A stretch of 64,000 bases of DNA from Desulfatiglandales bacterium (GTDB taxonomy: Bacteria > Desulfobacterota > DSM-4660 > Desulfatiglandales > Desulfatiglandaceae): positions 8,000,001 through 8,064,000 of the forward strand of contig OY759599.1 of the NCBI GenBank assembly GCA_963662465.1, read 5' to 3'. This document shows, piece by piece, positions 62,501 to 64,000 of the stretch. Position numbers and translations under genes: made by a program. Under the pieces are notes generated by a model, which made no database searches, was not told the origin of the DNA, and saw only the letters and a program-made list of their open reading frames with translations. Each line of letters opens with the position of its first letter. The stretch's first letter is position 1.

Positions 62501-62652
62501 TTTGTCCCGGCCAGAAGGCGATCATAGCCAGCGGGTTTTCTGAAACAGAAGAGGTTAAGATGGCCCGGAAGTCAGGTGCAGGCAACTATATAAAGAAGCC
62601 TTATATCCTGGAAAAGATCGGGCTTGCGGTTAAAGAAGAACTGGAGGAATAG
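59506..62652 (+). CDS. Hybrid histidine kinase (5xPAS-HisKA-HATPase-REC)
   Basis: KPTYKELEQRV start, GLMAGGVAHDLNN, GTGLGL, REC. Confidence 0.92.
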   Translation: MTTKPTYKELEQRVQELEQAVSERKKTEELLWWQKQFFSLLVNYSSDILVFINKNGEQKFISPSAERITGYTVGELQRPFAEIIHPEDLPRVERGFEKLLNNPEAVVTVYYRHKHKDGGYRYFETVGRNFLDNPLVQGIVANVRDITERRRMEEALRKSEEKFRSLAENQHDVVWTVNENLEIDYISPSCFKMTGTTAEETMGMNPKEFYTEESYQRVMMKFAEERQKAPNEIQPVVLEVDQYHKDGHLFPVEITCTPIIIDNKFIGVQGITRDITEKKKAEEALLNQKYLLQKAQEIGHIGAWELDIKKNELLWTDENYRIFGLPIGTKLTYETFLNCVHPDDREYVDKEWKAAFDKKFYDIEHRLLVDGKVKWVRAKAEFRFNEKDEYIRGTGVTQDITVSRQAEEALRESKEKLRTVIEHSNELFYIHDTEHTFIYATQTSVDLLGYTPEEMMRKWTELATDNPINQKGLEITEQGIATGKKQAPYLLELAKKDGTTVLVEIDESPVKDATGKVVAISGAARDVTEQKRTEQRLLKSEKGFRDLFDSITDLIYTQDLDGRFTSVNRAMCKAFGYEKDALIGRPSSDFMKPEMKPFFESVYLEQIKTKGSHEGITSYFAKNGKKIYIDYRSSLVEPDDGEPYISGTGRDMTEWVFSQREIKRLQNQVHQSQKMEAIGLMAGGVAHDLNNILSGIVSYPELLLMDLPENSPLRKPIKTIQESGMRAAEVVDDLLTIARGAATGKEALNLNVIVSEYLESPEYRKLENTHPFVHFKTELDPDLLNMSGSPIHIKKILMNLVNNASEAIEGAGTVTISTMNRHLDEPLKGYVGIRTGRYVMLTVSDNGSGISPQDLERIFEPFYTKKVMGRSGTGLGLAVVWNTVQDHKGYINVQSSKTGTAFELYFPVTRKEVSDEKEKIPLENYLGHGEKILVVDDEERQREIACGMLTRLGYNAEAVSSGEEAVRYLKEKQFHLIVLDMVMPKGMNGRETYEEIIKICPGQKAIIASGFSETEEVKMARKSGAGNYIKKPYILEKIGLAVKEELEE

Positions 62653-62908
62653 ACAGTAGATCAAGATGTGACACAATTCCACTACCTGAGTCCTTTTCAT
62701 TATCAAGCCCTTCTTTTCTTGTGGTGCATCATTATTATGGTGTAACATCTCATCTCCAGCAACTGCCCTTTCTGGAAGCATTCAAAAAAAGCGAAGGAGA
62801 GGGATGGCTGGCGGATGCGGATCGTTTTTCAGAGCAGTGGGTTGTCGCCGTCAACGAAATGTTCCAAAAAACTGACGGGGCGGTAGCACCATAGGGGGGA
62901 TTGCAACC

Positions 62909-63568
62909 ATGAACAAGACAGCGGATCAAAATATCATCGAGGAAAGCGTTTACCGGAACTATCTGAGCGCACTTCTTGCCGGACGACGTTCGGAATGCCA
63001 TGACATTGTCCGGAAACTGCTGGCCGCTCACATAGACATCAAAGCGCTGTACGACAAGCTGTTTCAGCGAAGCATGTACAGGGTCGGCGAGTTGTGGGAA
63101 AATAATCGCATCACTGTCGCCAACGAGCATTTGGCCACCGCCATCACGGAGAGTTTGCTGAATCTTGCCTATCCCGCCATTTTCGCCACCGATCGTATTG
63201 GAAAAAAAGCGGTGATTTCATGCAGCGCCAATGAATTTCACCAGGTGGGTGGTAAAATGGTCGCGGATATTCTGGAGCTCAACGGTTGGGACGGGCATTT
63301 CCTGGGCGCCAACACGCCCGCTGAGGATATGGCCCAATATATCCAGGAGGTGAAGCCGGATCTCGTGGGACTTTCCCTCAGCATCTTTTCCAACATGGAA
63401 AATTTGGAGCGCTGTATTGATGTTGTGAAAACCAATTTTCCAAACATGGATCTGCTGATTGGCGGTCAAGCCTTCAAATGGTGCGGAAAGGGTGTCATGA
63501 CACGTTATTCCGGCACCGAATACATCCCCTCACTGGACGCACTTGAAAAGCAGATCAAAGGGGTATGA
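62909..63568 (+). CDS. Stand-alone cobalamin-binding protein (four-helix cap plus Rossmann domain)
   Basis: VGELW-x9-EH, EFHQVG (ExHxxG), LGANTP, VGLS, IGGQA. Confidence 0.9.
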   Translation: MNKTADQNIIEESVYRNYLSALLAGRRSECHDIVRKLLAAHIDIKALYDKLFQRSMYRVGELWENNRITVANEHLATAITESLLNLAYPAIFATDRIGKKAVISCSANEFHQVGGKMVADILELNGWDGHFLGANTPAEDMAQYIQEVKPDLVGLSLSIFSNMENLERCIDVVKTNFPNMDLLIGGQAFKWCGKGVMTRYSGTEYIPSLDALEKQIKGV

Positions 63569-63569
63569 C

Positions 63570-64000
63570 ATGGTCAATGACCCGGCGATTCTTCGTGAAG
63601 CCTATACCTATTTTGATCGGAAAGCGCCGGTGTTGTTTTTCGTTCTCTCGACACGGGGCCGTATTGTAGAGGCAAACCGTTATGCTGAGACCATCACCGG
63701 CCGCAATGTAGCGGGCGAAAACATTCAGGACCTGTTCGTGGATTTTACCGGAGCCTTCGATCTGGCGGCTTTGACGGGGGACGCATCATCGGAACATCTG
63801 CTCCATTTCATGACGCAATCCGGTGTGCCGCAAAGTTTCTATTTTTCATTTCGCAAAATGGGCGATCACGTGTTGACCTTTGGCAGGCTGGATGCCGATG
63901 AGATCGAACACATGCGAAAAGAGGTGCTGAGCCTGAACCGGGAGTTGAACAATGTCATGAGACAGCTTCATCAAAAAAATGCGCAGCTTGAGCGGCTCAA
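63570..64000 (+). CDS. PAS plus coiled-coil signalling protein; output domain lies beyond the window
   Basis: Manual translation MVNDPAILRE...GRIVEANRYA...LSLNRELNNVMRQLHQKNAQLERL; starts 1 nt after the B12 gene stop. Confidence 0.75.
   Translation, partial: MVNDPAILREAYTYFDRKAPVLFFVLSTRGRIVEANRYAETITGRNVAGENIQDLFVDFTGAFDLAALTGDASSEHLLHFMTQSGVPQSFYFSFRKMGDHVLTFGRLDADEIEHMRKEVLSLNRELNNVMRQLHQKNAQLERL

Overview
A roughly 50% GC bacterial window, most likely from an anaerobic Desulfobacterota (deltaproteobacterial) genome (inferred from gene families and repeat types). It is almost entirely signal transduction. The core is a sigma54-linked chemosensory cluster at 21.5-37.7 kb (REC-PAS-AAA+ activator, MCP-like protein, STAS, cheY, cheA, N-terminally short cheR, parA, soluble PAS/poly-HAMP MCP, cheW, cheR, cheB, cheD, thioredoxin-fold protein). 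Around it lie nine multi-PAS/GAF/PocR histidine kinases, a PEP-synthase/rifampin-phosphotransferase-like enzyme, an AAA-PD-(D/E)XK gene, an Rpn-family gene and a B12-binding sensor. The most unusual structure is architectural. (i) A 38.6-kb segment (13914-52560) is bounded by a 14-bp direct repeat that splits one kinase gene into reciprocal halves, as expected for an integrated circle, although no integrase is visible. (ii) Two modules are duplicated in permuted order and eroded by microhomology-bounded deletions. (iii) Both copies of a consensus sigma54 promoter are fused directly to (CT)18 and (CT)34 microsatellites and followed by a leader terminator. (iv) Several families of 7-bp tandem repeats occur in MITEs and inside kinase linkers, where unit number sets the reading frame. 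No rRNA, tRNA, CRISPR array or intact transposase was seen. All calls come from reading the sequence; no database searches were run.
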